IMG/VR virus record: IMGVR_UViG_3300001242_000012
DNA: 64,000 nt
Strand: one strand, 5' to 3'
Source: a virus
Lineage: Duplodnaviria; Heunggongvirae; Uroviricota; Caudoviricetes
The notes under the pieces were generated by a model. It made no database searches, was not told the DNA's origin, and saw only the letters and a program-made list of their open reading frames with translations. A program made the translations under genes and the position numbers. Positions 19,736 through 31,160 of this stretch are shown here, piece after piece. How positions within the stretch are numbered: position 1 is the first letter of the stretch; each line of letters opens with the position of its first letter.

Positions 19736-20572
19736 CTATATAATGCCTAACCTGGTCATTACCTTCTTAAGGTTTTCATCTTCAATTGATTTAAGAGTAT
19801 TGTAACGATTGATAATTAAATTTCTTTGTGTATCATGTACAGTAATTTCAATCTTATCAAAGGTGATGGGCGGATTTCTCTTGATTCCTTTGAAGATATC
19901 AGCAAGTTTACTATGAAGATAGTAGGTATCAGTTTCAGTTTGTACTAATACAGATATCAGGTCACGGTATTCCTTCTTTAGGTAGCAGAAATCGGAATTA
20001 CTATTGTAACCATACATATTTGCGTTATTTCTTAGGAAATAGATAAAGCGATGTGTAATCGTATCGATTCTTTTGATAAAATTTTTCATCACTATTTCTG
20101 GGATAGGATTGCCTGTCTCTTGAATAACTTTATCGAATTCCTCATACTTAGCAACTAATTTAGCCACTTCAATCTTACGATCCTTAGTGACTATGTATTT
20201 AAGACCAAGATGCTCTTTAATCTGTAGCCCCCATAGAAGATTAAATTCAGTTAACTTAGTAAGCATCCTCTTCATATCATTAGATTTTTCTTTAACTGGT
20301 TCCGGAGTTTCAGTCTGAGGTTCCCATTCCGGAAGTAAGATATCAGCTCTATTTATATTGCTACCTGTACCACGTATTCTAGTACATAGACCATTGGGAT
20401 AGTACTTAATATCTTTCCCATACACTCTGATACCATTTTTCTCTGTGGTAATGTAACCTACTAGCTTTTTTACTAGTAGGTCAACTTCCACAGCACATTC
20501 ATCGTAACTTTGGAGTAGCTTAATCGATTTAAATAGCTCTTCTACCGGGTTGATATCATATGCACTGTACAT
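19736..20572 (-). CDS. hypothetical protein
   Basis: 278-aa ORF. Confidence 0.45.
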   Translation of the reverse strand: MYSAYDINPVEELFKSIKLLQSYDECAVEVDLLVKKLVGYITTEKNGIRVYGKDIKYYPNGLCTRIRGTGSNINRADILLPEWEPQTETPEPVKEKSNDMKRMLTKLTEFNLLWGLQIKEHLGLKYIVTKDRKIEVAKLVAKYEEFDKVIQETGNPIPEIVMKNFIKRIDTITHRFIYFLRNNANMYGYNSNSDFCYLKKEYRDLISVLVQTETDTYYLHSKLADIFKGIKRNPPITFDKIEITVHDTQRNLIINRYNTLKSIEDENLKKVMTRLGII

Positions 20573-20573
20573 A

Positions 20574-21389
20574 TCACAAACTAACTACGAAGTCTAGCAA
20601 GGTTCTCAGTGATTCTCTTGCTTCTTTCGAGCCGATAGTAACATTCATCTTAGCAACTGTGGTTAAGTTTCTGCAATCAGCAGCATACTTAGTAACATTC
20701 CGGGAGTACTTTTTAATCTTCTTAACCATCGCAGCAAAATCAGGATGAACAATGATGGCCGCTTTCATATCTACTTCAGCTTTCTTAATATTCCGGTCGA
20801 GCTTTTTAATCTGCAGGTTGTATTTGACTAGTTCAACTTCGTATTGTTTCAGCGCTACTGCATACTCAGAATACGGAACATCATCGTCTTCTTCTGGCCT
20901 GGTCGGTGCAGTTTTTCTGAATTCTTCAATTGCGCTTACTGCTTGCTTAAAGGCACCAAATTCATGCATCTTGCCAGTAGCGCCAGCAATCTCTTCGACA
21001 GCTTCTTCAGTAACTCCATATGCTTTATAATAGTTATTATAGCCGTTACTAGGAGCGATAGTTGTATTGCCAGTGAAGTAGTTGAGAAACTCTTTCAATG
21101 ACTTATCATGGTCGTTGAGTCTATTAACAACACCTCTCTGCCAGTCGTCAATAATACTGACTGCCATGGTCTTTTCTTCGGGAAGGAGGTCCCTACTGCT
21201 ACTAGCCATATTCTCAATGGCTGCATTAAGCCCGGTAAAATCAACACCATTAAATAATACTGACATATGAGCTCCCATAGCACTGTCAGGATTATATGTT
21301 GTGAGACAATTCATAGGCTGTGTCTCTTCAACTTGCTCTCCTGCATCAAAAACGTCTGTACCGATAAACTCGCCTTTCATTTTCAACAA
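20574..21389 (-). CDS. hypothetical protein
   Basis: 271-aa ORF, immediately upstream of 19736..20572. Confidence 0.45.
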   Translation of the reverse strand: MLKMKGEFIGTDVFDAGEQVEETQPMNCLTTYNPDSAMGAHMSVLFNGVDFTGLNAAIENMASSSRDLLPEEKTMAVSIIDDWQRGVVNRLNDHDKSLKEFLNYFTGNTTIAPSNGYNNYYKAYGVTEEAVEEIAGATGKMHEFGAFKQAVSAIEEFRKTAPTRPEEDDDVPYSEYAVALKQYEVELVKYNLQIKKLDRNIKKAEVDMKAAIIVHPDFAAMVKKIKKYSRNVTKYAADCRNLTTVAKMNVTIGSKEARESLRTLLDFVVSL

Positions 21390-21407
21390 CTCCTTATATA
21401 TTTTTAA

Positions 21408-21614
21408 TTAAGTGAGAATTGGAATAATAATCTGATTCCCACAATCTGATGGACATTCAACATACGTGTAATCACAGCCATTCTTCACTGGGTAGTTATT
21501 AAATGCTTCACCCAGATCATCAGACTTCTTCTTACGTTCCTCAATATCTTCCTGCGTTAGGTCCACCTTCGCCCCGCAGTTACCACATACAATCATAAAA
21601 CCTTTTCTATACAT
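21408..21614 (-). CDS. zinc-ribbon protein
   Basis: CGNCG...CPSDCGN. Confidence 0.35.
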   Translation of the reverse strand: MYRKGFMIVCGNCGAKVDLTQEDIEERKKKSDDLGEAFNNYPVKNGCDYTYVECPSDCGNQIIIPILT

Positions 21615-21618
21615 AATC

Positions 21619-21960
21619 TCACTTCCTTGTTACAGTACCAGTACCTGATTTCATAGTCGGTTTTATAACAGCAGGTTTACTTATAGTTACAGGAGCTGGT
21701 TTAGTTACTGTTGTAGATGGTGCAGTATTAACTGGTTGTTTGTTAACAATGATTGTTTTATTTATGACTGGTGCTGGTGCATGATACACTGGTGTAGGTA
21801 CGTATACTGGAGTATGAACAACTACAGGACTCTGATGCACTACTGCTGGACTTTGTACTACCGGATTTGGTATTACATTATGCGTAACCGGAACAGGTCG
21901 TGGGTGACTTGAGCAACTAACGGCTAATATGATCACCAGAAGCAGAGCAACTGCAATCAT
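21619..21960 (-). CDS. Pro/Val-rich putative lipoprotein
   Basis: MIAVALLLVIILAVSC signal/lipobox-like N-terminus, then PVxV/TPVY repeats. The start was chosen at an internal Met. Confidence 0.35.
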   Translation of the reverse strand: MIAVALLLVIILAVSCSSHPRPVPVTHNVIPNPVVQSPAVVHQSPVVVHTPVYVPTPVYHAPAPVINKTIIVNKQPVNTAPSTTVTKPAPVTISKPAVIKPTMKSGTGTVTRK

Positions 21961-21980
21961 CGCTACGTGTTTACCTTTAA

Positions 21981-22559
21981 TTATAGTCCCCTCCTTCTTT
22001 TCCAGGTATAAAAACCTTTTACTGAAATACCTGCAACTATAACGCTGATTATTGCCATAGGAATTTCGTCTCTTATTAATGAAAGGATAACAACTACTAT
22101 GCTTGCTATTCCAAGGTATATCCAGCATTCTACCTTCTTCTCAGCCATAACATATTGAGAAAGTATTCCATACGCTATTGCTAGAGCATATCCCGTCACA
22201 TAAGGCATATTGGTATACAGCAAAAGAAGTATGTATGCTATGGTAAATAACACTATACCAGCTATTGTATGGATACCAGTTTCTTTATCAGTTTCATGTG
22301 AGATTTGTAGTATACTTCCATCAAGCATAAGATGTGACCATCTCCACCATCCATAAATACTAATTATTAAAAGTGGTACTTGCATATATAAATCAGGATA
22401 ATCTTTAAGGTAGTAAGATCCTACGGCAGTAGCTATCATACTAACTATTGCTACTGGCCAACAGCGCTTATCCTCATCTATTGCCATAAACATTGATGTG
22501 AAGTTTAGGATTAGTCCTATAATGATCATTATTATTGCCATATCATTCTCCTCCCCCAA
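21981..22559 (-). CDS. multi-pass membrane protein
   Basis: 192 aa with about 5 hydrophobic helices. Confidence 0.45.
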   Translation of the reverse strand: MGEENDMAIIMIIIGLILNFTSMFMAIDEDKRCWPVAIVSMIATAVGSYYLKDYPDLYMQVPLLIISIYGWWRWSHLMLDGSILQISHETDKETGIHTIAGIVLFTIAYILLLLYTNMPYVTGYALAIAYGILSQYVMAEKKVECWIYLGIASIVVVILSLIRDEIPMAIISVIVAGISVKGFYTWKRRRGL

Positions 22560-22822
22560 TTAATCTCAGTAACCTATTGATTAACGTAGACTCATAGTAT
22601 TTACACCTCCCATCACATAATCTGTTATACATATCTTTCATACACATAACGTATACATCTACTTCTGATACGTCTTTTGCTAATAGTGTGATATACGATA
22701 TATCGTCATTGCAATGATTATATACAATGTGTTTGCAGCTAAATTGAGCAGACGGATGTAATACCTTGGCTAGCTTATCACTGGGAATTGGATTATCTCT
22801 TAATATTGGTTCCATATTTCAC

Positions 22823-23155
22823 CTACTCTATTTTATAGCCCCAAGTAAGTCTTTCATCAGTATGACCTACAACCTTGATTTCAATTACATTCTTAGATTT
22901 AGGGTAATAGACTATATCGACGATGTCACCATTATTCACATTTGCACAACTTGTGCATTTGTTAAGAAGTTTAACTTTGCCATCGTTTCCTACAAGTATT
23001 CCTTCAAGAATAATTTTGTATCGATAATCTCTTTCGTAAACTATGACACCGTTTAGCTGCTCCTTATGCTCAACATATTTACTTACGTCACCTTCTAATT
23101 TCTGGTTACAACCAGTTAGTAGAATAAATAGCAGCAGGCATATTAATAATCTCAT
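22823..23155 (-). CDS. lipoprotein
   Basis: MRLLICLLLFILLTGC lipobox. Confidence 0.5.
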   Translation of the reverse strand: MRLLICLLLFILLTGCNQKLEGDVSKYVEHKEQLNGVIVYERDYRYKIILEGILVGNDGKVKLLNKCTSCANVNNGDIVDIVYYPKSKNVIEIKVVGHTDERLTWGYKIE

Positions 23156-23470
23156 TGAGCACCTCCTACCTTGAACAGAGAGTAGCTACGCAGCACAATC
23201 CAGAAATCATCATAATAAAACCAATTAACATCATGCCTCCTGTATCCCAAGACACGAGCATCTCTAATTCTTTCCTTGTGAACATAGAGCTACTACCTCC
23301 TAATACAAAACTATAACTGTTTCGTCATCGCATCTGAGCCTCGTTAGTATTACAGCTCCACCTACCTCAGCATAGGCAGCTTCCGTCAAGACGCTATGTC
23401 TGGGCTTGAACTGGTCTTCGAGCTTATCCTCCCAGCAGATACTCGCTACATGAGGCATGGCTATCCACAG

Positions 23471-23680
23471 TTATAAATCTTCTCCCATAGCTTGTTCATA
23501 CGTCATTTCTTTTTGACATTCGGCGCATGAGCCTATCTTCTCAAGTATATTAAAGGTTTCCTGATTAACATAATAATGAGTTTCGCATATACCACATTTC
23601 CACTTACGATGCGGAATATTATCTATTATTACAGAATCCTCTAAAGGTAATGTATCCAAATTACTCATCCTCCTGTTCAA
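23471..23680 (-). CDS. zinc-ribbon protein
   Basis: CGIC...CAEC. Confidence 0.35.
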   Translation of the reverse strand: MNRRMSNLDTLPLEDSVIIDNIPHRKWKCGICETHYYVNQETFNILEKIGSCAECQKEMTYEQAMGEDL

Positions 23681-25030
23681 ATAGGAATTTGATAACGTTA
23701 TATGGTACAGATATTTTAATAATGTTTTCTTTGTTATACAATTTCATAAACTTGACACCATTATCCATAGTGATAACAAAATAATCACCATCATGACATA
23801 TTAAATGTTTTTCTGCACAACGAAGAATAATTTCTCTTTCTACCTCAAGATAAGCTTTTCTTCTACGTTCAACTTGTTCGTCTAAAGCCTTGTCAGCTAT
23901 GTTTTTAGCTTCAGCCTCTAGTCTTATTTTAGTATTTGATTTAACCAGTACGAACGTCGCTATTGATGTTAATAATATCGTTAAAAATACAATGAAAAAC
24001 GCTACAGTAGAACTTGAGCTATGTATTTATATCACCACCTTTGTAGTATAAATATGACTATTCACTTTGATGAGCACTCATCTTTATACCTAGAAGTTCT
24101 TATAGATTAATCCTAAAGCTATTATAATAAAGAATAATACGGTAAAGATTTTTACATCGAAGTTACCTTCTTTAGATCTCTTTCTAATTGGCCTATCATA
24201 ATCGTTAGGATCGTAATTACTCCACCCAATTGGCATAACCCAACCTCCATTATATCCTTCAAAAAAAATTCCTCCACATGGGAGGATATAAGGGAAAAAA
24301 AGACTACTGCCGTAATCTTATTCCCATTATACCATTACCTTATACTCCATGCAACCATCTTGTAACTTGCTTTTTTCTAGGTTCCTCGAAGCAATGACGG
24401 GCTTGTTAGTGAGATGCCGCTCACACCCGTTTCATATAGGAGATTTTGTTCTCTTAACAGAAAGAAAATCTGCTACCTGCAATAAATTACATTAATCTCC
24501 ACCATCTCCACCGTCAGAATCGAAAAAGTCCAAACTTGATCCACCACCACTACTTTTGCGACCACCTTTTGAGCTAGAGCAAGAAACTACGATTACAAGG
24601 AAGCATATAAATAAAGCAAATATAGCCAAAATACCTAAATCTATATCTATCACCTCCCTATACTCTTATTGTTAACCTTAACTTTTCTCCTGGTATGATT
24701 GCACGAATATTAGCTGTATTAACACAGTCTTCCAGTGAAACAAATGATTCAGCGTATATCCTACTTTCTAAAAGATTAACTACTCTATACTCATTTTCAG
24801 CACAACGACTGTCTTTGACTACGAGTAGTTTGGTTCCGTTACTTAACTCTATTACATCACCGACATTAGGAATCTTCTTAGATTCGCTTCTCTCATCAAT
24901 GATTTGCACACTAATGTCCTCCTAGGTCTACAAATTTACTGTTAATACTTACACCAGCAATCAGGACATAGCTCCTTGCCATCAAGTTCTATAGGAGGTT
25001 CTATACAGTTTGATACTTGTAAGTCTTTCA

Positions 25031-25270
25031 TTAGAGATCCTCTCTATATTTATAATTACATACGCGACTTGGGCATTCATAAATTCGCGTAGTCTGATTT
25101 GTCCTCTCAATCAGCTCATTTCCACATACAGGACAAAAAGGAGTTCTTACTCTTATAGTACCACTCATAGACTTTATCTTCTCTTTAATTCTTTCTGATA
25201 TGCGTTGTATAGCAAAGTGATCAGGATCATAAGTTACAACAATTGTTGTATCAATCTTTAAAGGTTCCAT
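25031..25270 (-). CDS. zinc-ribbon protein (family with 26568..26789)
   Basis: ISERIKEKIKS...CPVCG...CPSRVC. Paralog of ISDRIKAVIKS...CPKCG...CQTC. Confidence 0.45.
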   Translation of the reverse strand: MEPLKIDTTIVVTYDPDHFAIQRISERIKEKIKSMSGTIRVRTPFCPVCGNELIERTNQTTRIYECPSRVCNYKYREDL

Positions 25271-26567
25271 TTAATCATCACCACCAATATCGGGAAAGTC
25301 CCAGCCTCCACTACTTTTACGGCCTCTTGAGTCTCCAGAATTACAAATTATAATTATACCAAGAATGACTAGCAGACCAACAAATATCCAAACATCATCT
25401 ATCACCTCCTTAGCGCTGATAACTATGAGCACCATGCTGAAATCATACAGTTTGAACGAGTTCTGTCGTCATCTGTTTCTTTGTTAAAGAGAGCTATAGC
25501 CATGTCTACGGCAATATCTATATTCTGAGCTATCAAATCTTTGTAAACTCGATAAGTTAGCCCACCTATTACGCCAACACCGAAGCTATTCATATCATTG
25601 CCTCCAATCTCTAACAGCATGTTATCCCATTGACTTATCACATAATGTGATTATCTTTACACCTCTCTGAGAGAGAATTTGATCAAGCTGACTTACCTCT
25701 TCTGGAGTTAAATTGTATAGAGGTCTTACGCCATCATAATGAGCCATTCTCACAGTTAGATACCCAGGTTCAGTTAACTTTACATATTCTTTACGTGCTA
25801 CCTTGTCTAGGTAGAAGATTGACCATATTGCTAGTACAGTAGCAGTTACTGAAAATAGGACGCATATAAATATATCTGTTAGTGGCACTACATCACCTCT
25901 TTACTACTTGAATGTTCAAGATAAAAGCTAAGAACGCTTCTCGCTTCTGCAAGTATAGCACTTATATCCTGCATCCCTTTCAGAGACCTTTTTCCCTGAA
26001 TTCTGCATTTTGACTTTGTAGTGTCATAGAGAAAAATCATAATGGCATTTTCATCAGGGGCTGTTACTTCAATTCGGATGTTGTCAATAATTTTACGGAA
26101 ACATAGGAAGCTGCCATTTCTTTTAAGCTGATTCCTCCATCCGTCTCTTAGAAATGATTGCGTATTTTTAAGTAAATGTGCTTTTAGAGGATTCATATTA
26201 TCACCTCCTAATAATCAAATATCGCTAGGACGCCTTACAGTAGGTCTTGGGAGCTTCTTAACGCTCTTATATATGGTCATAATAGCCTCCATTTAGTTTC
26301 CGAATACTCTTATTACCCTATATTTACTAGTGACCACTTCAGGTTCTAAATTACCCCAGAAATAATCAGAGTATTTGATTAAGTAATAAGCGTCTACTGC
26401 ATCTTCCTTATGTACTTTAATCTCGAATTCGAGATTCCAACCATTAGAAAGTTCACCACATCTGTGTTTCTTTATATTCTCTTGCTTCCTGTTATACAGA
26501 AGGAGCCGATTCCACTCAGGAAGCTTATCTCTAATATCCGTTAAGGAGAGAACCAACATATCAACTC

Positions 26568-26789
26568 CTAATATTTATAATCACAGGTCTGACAGTAGTA
26601 ATTTTCAGATGTGTCGTCTATAGCTACAATCGTCAACATCTTTCCACATTTAGGACAAAATGCTGTTGTAGAACTTACTAAACTTTCTGCGGATTTAATT
26701 ACTGCCTTTATCCTATCTGAAATATTACTGTCAGGATAGAAAAGTAAACGAATTTCACTTTTGACGTATAATGGTTTCAGTTTATTCAC
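26568..26789 (-). CDS. zinc-ribbon protein (paralog of 25031..25270)
   Basis: See 25031..25270. Confidence 0.45.
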   Translation of the reverse strand: MNKLKPLYVKSEIRLLFYPDSNISDRIKAVIKSAESLVSSTTAFCPKCGKMLTIVAIDDTSENYYCQTCDYKY

Positions 26790-26903
26790 CTACTTCTTAA
26801 ACATTACCCATACAAGACCAACACATGCGGCTGCTAAAGATAAACACATTATAGACATTGATATAGATAATATTGACATACATATGTCATTAATCATAGA
26901 CGA

Positions 26904-27362
26904 CTACTTACCCTTTCTTTTCATGATATTAATAAAATCGAATACCCTATTGAGGCAAAGACTAGCTTCAGAATCCCTGCCACCAAGTAAATCCTCATTT
27001 ACCACCATTTCTATAGCACAACTTATCAAGCCTTCAAGTTTACAAAGCTCTACAAGATTATTCCCCTGAGAAGTTGAACCAATATTGTCGTCTGAGTAGC
27101 AGATATACTTCTCCTCAAATGCAATCAAATATTGAGGATCACAGACTATCTTTCCTTTGTCAGAAGTCACTATCCACTGTCCTTCTTTGGGTTCAATACA
27201 GCCGTTGGTAGTTTCAATGACTGGAACCCTATTAACTTTAGGAAGTGGACTATTCTTCTTATAATAACCTATGAATTTACCGTTTAACTCATAACAGAAG
27301 TAGCCATCTTCCATTCCTTTAACATATGGAACTGCGGTGATATTATTTTGAGGTATACTCAT
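26904..27362 (-). CDS. hypothetical protein
   Basis: 152-aa ORF directly downstream of RtcB; no archease motifs recognised. Confidence 0.4.
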   Translation of the reverse strand: MSIPQNNITAVPYVKGMEDGYFCYELNGKFIGYYKKNSPLPKVNRVPVIETTNGCIEPKEGQWIVTSDKGKIVCDPQYLIAFEEKYICYSDDNIGSTSQGNNLVELCKLEGLISCAIEMVVNEDLLGGRDSEASLCLNRVFDFINIMKRKGK

Positions 27363-27465
27363 AATTTATGTCGACCCCTTTAACAATTTTATTATCGCCT
27401 TATTGAAACTAAAGTATTATATCTTCTATCACTACTAGAGTGCTAGTATTGTATCTAGACGTATG

Positions 27466-28689
27466 CTAGCTTGATTTAAAGTTATATATGGGCTTAATGA
27501 TGTTAACTATTTCTATAGTATCACCTGTGTTCTCGATGATCTCCTCTATGGGCTTATAAGCCATAGGAGCTTCATCTATGGTAGATTCAGTAACTGATGA
27601 AGTATAGATGCCTTTCATGGTTAGGACATAATCATTCATATCAATGTTCTTTTTAGCTTGGGACCTACTCATTAGACGTCCTGCACCATGAGGAGCTGAG
27701 AAATTCCAATCAGGGTTTCCCTTACCTATAGCAATGATGCTGCCATCACGCATGTTAATGGGAATGATTAATTTTTCTCCTAACTGAGCAGATACAGCAC
27801 CTTTGCGAAGTATCATATGCTCCAGGTCAATGTAATTATGTATTGTTTGAAAGGAATCCAGCTCACGGTATCTTAATCCTAAGCATTCCTCCACTATTCT
27901 TCTAGCCATGGTCATTCTATTTAAACTAGCATATTGCTGTATAATGGCCACATCATGAAGATATTCTTGCATTAAGGTGCCTTCTAGATAACACAGATCC
28001 TTAGGTATACTACAGGCTTTCTTGCACTCTTGCTGAAGAACCTTCAGAGCTTTTTGTATTTTATGTTCCTTACCAACTGCTTTGTATCCTTTGATTAGAG
28101 CAATCTTCATAGCTTCATAATCATCGTTGAATCCACTATGGTATCCGTAAGCACTGCCCTGGTAGTATTCTGCTACTTGCTTACCAAGGTTCCTACTTCC
28201 ACTATGTATGACTAAATATTTATTATCTTGGCTATCCACATTAATCTCGATGAAGTGATTCCCACCACCAAGGCTACCCAGAGCTTTATTAAAATCTTTG
28301 GCGATCTTACTGATACCTCTAATACAAAGTAATTTATTAATTTGATCTTTGAAATCACACTTTGATAAGACATTGATGTTATAACCGCTTGGAATGTTAT
28401 TAGTGATATAATCATCGAAATTCTTTAGATCAATATCTATATTACCTAACTCAACAACAAGCATGCCGCAGGATATGTCCACACCAACTAAGTTAGGAAC
28501 GATCTTATTCTTTATTGTCATTGTAGTTCCTATGGTACATCCAGCACCTTTATGACAATCCGGCATAATCTTAATTGAACTACCAATCGTAAATTCCTGA
28601 TTACATAATTCAATTATTTGAGATATAGTTTGCGCGTCAACATTGTCTGTAAACACTTCTGCAGTATTATGCTTACCTTTGATAATCAT
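27466..28689 (-). CDS. rtcB: RNA 3'-phosphate/2',3'-cyclic phosphate-5'-OH ligase RtcB
   Basis: MPDCHKGAGC, GGGNHFIE and SAPHGAGR (the histidine-GMP site), at the 407-aa family length. Confidence 0.9.
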   Translation of the reverse strand: MIIKGKHNTAEVFTDNVDAQTISQIIELCNQEFTIGSSIKIMPDCHKGAGCTIGTTMTIKNKIVPNLVGVDISCGMLVVELGNIDIDLKNFDDYITNNIPSGYNINVLSKCDFKDQINKLLCIRGISKIAKDFNKALGSLGGGNHFIEINVDSQDNKYLVIHSGSRNLGKQVAEYYQGSAYGYHSGFNDDYEAMKIALIKGYKAVGKEHKIQKALKVLQQECKKACSIPKDLCYLEGTLMQEYLHDVAIIQQYASLNRMTMARRIVEECLGLRYRELDSFQTIHNYIDLEHMILRKGAVSAQLGEKLIIPINMRDGSIIAIGKGNPDWNFSAPHGAGRLMSRSQAKKNIDMNDYVLTMKGIYTSSVTESTIDEAPMAYKPIEEIIENTGDTIEIVNIIKPIYNFKSS

Positions 28690-29352
28690 AATGTACCTCC
28701 ATTGAGTTTATAGATTCTATTTATTTCGTATCTATTATAATATCTGATATAGAATTTACTGTTAAAGTAACAGTATCACTACTATTAGTAAATTCTATAA
28801 GAAGATTAGTCCTTGGATTACGATGTGAACCATCATCACACACTATTACTCTACTTACTCCGGTAAATTCTTTCTCATCAGTAGTTACTCTTAACATATA
28901 GTACCTCCTAAAAGTAATTACATAATACCCACAATACAACTACTGTGATTATATAACCCCAGAATAGTACTGGCATGATACACCTTCTTATGTTCTTATT
29001 CTCTTGTAAGAGGAGCGCTAATAAAATGACGGGATTGTTTTGCACCATTGAGTGAATAAACTATCCTGCTGCAAGCCTTCAGCAAGTAAAAGCTGGGTCA
29101 TTTTATCAGGAGTAAATCTCATATTGCTTTCATAAATAGACTCCATTGTATCTATAAGGTTATATTTTGAAAGAACTGGTCTGAGAACATCCCATTCTTC
29201 GTCAGTATAATGATCAGTAATAATATGATCATTACTCCAACACTTCTGAGTATTAATAATTATAAAAAACCCGTTACTGGCTTCAGGTTCATTAATTACG
29301 CAGAAGATAAAGTTACTTAAGGAGACGTTACTTAACAATTCGTCACCTCCTA

Positions 29353-29724
29353 CTATTTTGGTGTAATAACGTAGATATACTTTTCCTCATGAACTTCGCC
29401 AGCTTCAATAGTGTGATAATGCTTCTTATCTTCCTTAGTAAATATTATCTGACTAATAAACTCATGAATTAAGCATGTTGTATAATAACTGCAATATGGA
29501 GGGTCACCTGTATCAACTCTATACTCACCTACATAAATGTTATTGAGTTTGAGTACACTTTCTCTACTATGGTATGGCATCTTAGTTGTTCCAGCATAAG
29601 GATCAACAAGCTGAACCTTTTCTGCTTCAGCCGTAGCTTCTTCAAGATGAGGAGAAATAAGAGTGAACAATCCTTCACGGACAACTTTATCGGTACCAAC
29701 TAAAGATATGATCTGTACTTGCAT
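29353..29724 (-). CDS. hypothetical protein
   Basis: 123-aa ORF. Confidence 0.4.
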   Translation of the reverse strand: MQVQIISLVGTDKVVREGLFTLISPHLEEATAEAEKVQLVDPYAGTTKMPYHSRESVLKLNNIYVGEYRVDTGDPPYCSYYTTCLIHEFISQIIFTKEDKKHYHTIEAGEVHEEKYIYVITPK

Positions 29725-29985
29725 TACTAATCACCTCACAATATGTATCTCCAGGGTCTACCAGTCTTTAGACTGATTATGTCTATATTGATTTGTCTTA
29801 AAATTCGGATCACAAGACAATCTGGTGGGATAAGTTCTGTAGCTGTACGAATTGAATCTAATAATATGCGTCTGCCTTCTTCAAGTTTAGCTACACATGT
29901 TGGGCAATACTTTTCATGATCTTCCCTTAATGTATTACATCTTAGACACCATTGCATAGTATCACCTCATAAAGCTATTACTTTA

Positions 29986-30279
29986 TTAAAGTAATAGCTT
30001 ATTTAGACTAGGATCATTCGTTAATTCATCCCAATATGCATCAGGCATTTCTTCAAGACACATTAGTATAAATCCAACAAAATGTTTCCCATGCTCATAT
30101 TCAAGTACCTCAAGCAATACCTTCTGAACATCTTTAGCTGACATTTGTTTAAACCTGTCGAGCAATGGAGGTATAAACATTACACTGTCTACACCTTTAT
30201 CATAGTAATCATAGGTGCCGAACTTTGTTATACCTTCCTTAAGAGCTGCAAGGCATTCTTGTGAAGTAATTGGTTTCAT
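29986..30279 (-). CDS. hypothetical protein
   Basis: 97-aa ORF adjacent to the ncRNA region. Confidence 0.4.
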   Translation of the reverse strand: MKPITSQECLAALKEGITKFGTYDYYDKGVDSVMFIPPLLDRFKQMSAKDVQKVLLEVLEYEHGKHFVGFILMCLEEMPDAYWDELTNDPSLNKLLL

Positions 30280-30307
30280 ATTATACTTCTTCCTTTATAT
30301 TTGTTTT

Positions 30308-31056
30308 ATGGTGGACGTAGGGGGAGTTGAACCCCCGTCCGGAACTGTTACCCTAAACCGTCTACCTAGAATAGACCATCGTGGTCAACGGCAGCACTAA
30401 GTAGCTTGCTCACTTTCATCACTGGGTAGGAGTCGAACCTACAAACTGTAATAACAGCCACGCTTCAGCGTGTAACCTCTGGGTGGACACCCGTAAGCTC
30501 ACTTAGTTACATATAGAGCCGACGTGTCGCTTTGCCAATTTGCCACCAGTGATATTTATTAACCTCCACCACTTGCATTTAGGATGCAAGAAACTATTTG
30601 CCATAGAGTAGGGATTTTAACCCTACATGGACTGAATTTCGGCCACCTACCACCATATTATCATTAGCGACTCCTTAATGGGTTAGGGTTGCACTAATGT
30701 ATGCGAGGCCAGTTTCTAATACTCTACCAGGTTGTCTTCAGAGAACGACCCATAGTTCTCCTACGTACCTTACTAGTCAGTCCTAAACCGGAAAGAGCGA
30801 TTGCTTTCGCCTTCTATGACCTATTGCCTATCTGTAGCCCTTCCGAACTACTGTTTCCGATAGGACTCTCCCATTCTTTGACCCTCATCCGATTGCTGGG
30901 ATAAGCTCGGTGTTTTGGGGCTGATCTCCCAGCTCTAAAGTTAATTAGAGACTAGGCAGCTTGAAGAGTAGTTTTGGCATTTAAAGCCTTGTGGTTATAT
31001 GGTAACCAACCTCTAGGCAAGTTTTACTCTCACGCTCCGTCGAAACCCGGTACGCC
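30308..31056 (-). ncRNA. ssrA: tmRNA-like (SsrA-like) gene, unusually long (~750 nt)
   Basis: Minus-strand 5' end GGGCGUA-CC-GGGUUUCGACGG matches the tmRNA TLD signature (compare B. subtilis GGGGACGUUACGGAUUCGACAGGG). The 3' end CGGACGGGGGUUCAACUCCCCC-UACGUCC-ACCA gives a T-arm plus an acceptor strand complementary to the 5' GGGCGUA with one G-U, then an encoded CCA. An in-frame tag-like ORF sits about 70 nt from the 5' end: GCC AAA ACU ACU CUU CAA GCU GCC UAG = AKTTLQAA*, close to B. subtilis ...GGCAAAACUAAC...GCUGCCUAA. Confidence 0.5.
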
Positions 31057-31160
31057 CATGAATGGAGCGGTATTGGACTTATTTGTCATCTGCCATCCGC
31101 TCCTGAATTAAATGTATATAAGTAAATTAGTGCTGGATTGGCCCTCACAGCTGGGCAAAG

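Noticed and set aside
23160-24650. Apparent 1.5-kb gap in annotated ORFs as a non-coding island
   Set aside because: It contains several plausible minus-strand ORFs of 30-59 aa with hydrophobic helices, which fall below the 60-aa track threshold. It is a run of micro-genes rather than a true gap.
30424-30626. Separate tRNA genes at the internal T-arm-like hairpins (30424-30440 and 30609-30626)
   Set aside because: No acceptor, D-arm or anticodon arm could be paired around either. They fall inside the interval whose ends pair as a tmRNA-like molecule. They are left as unexplained internal elements.
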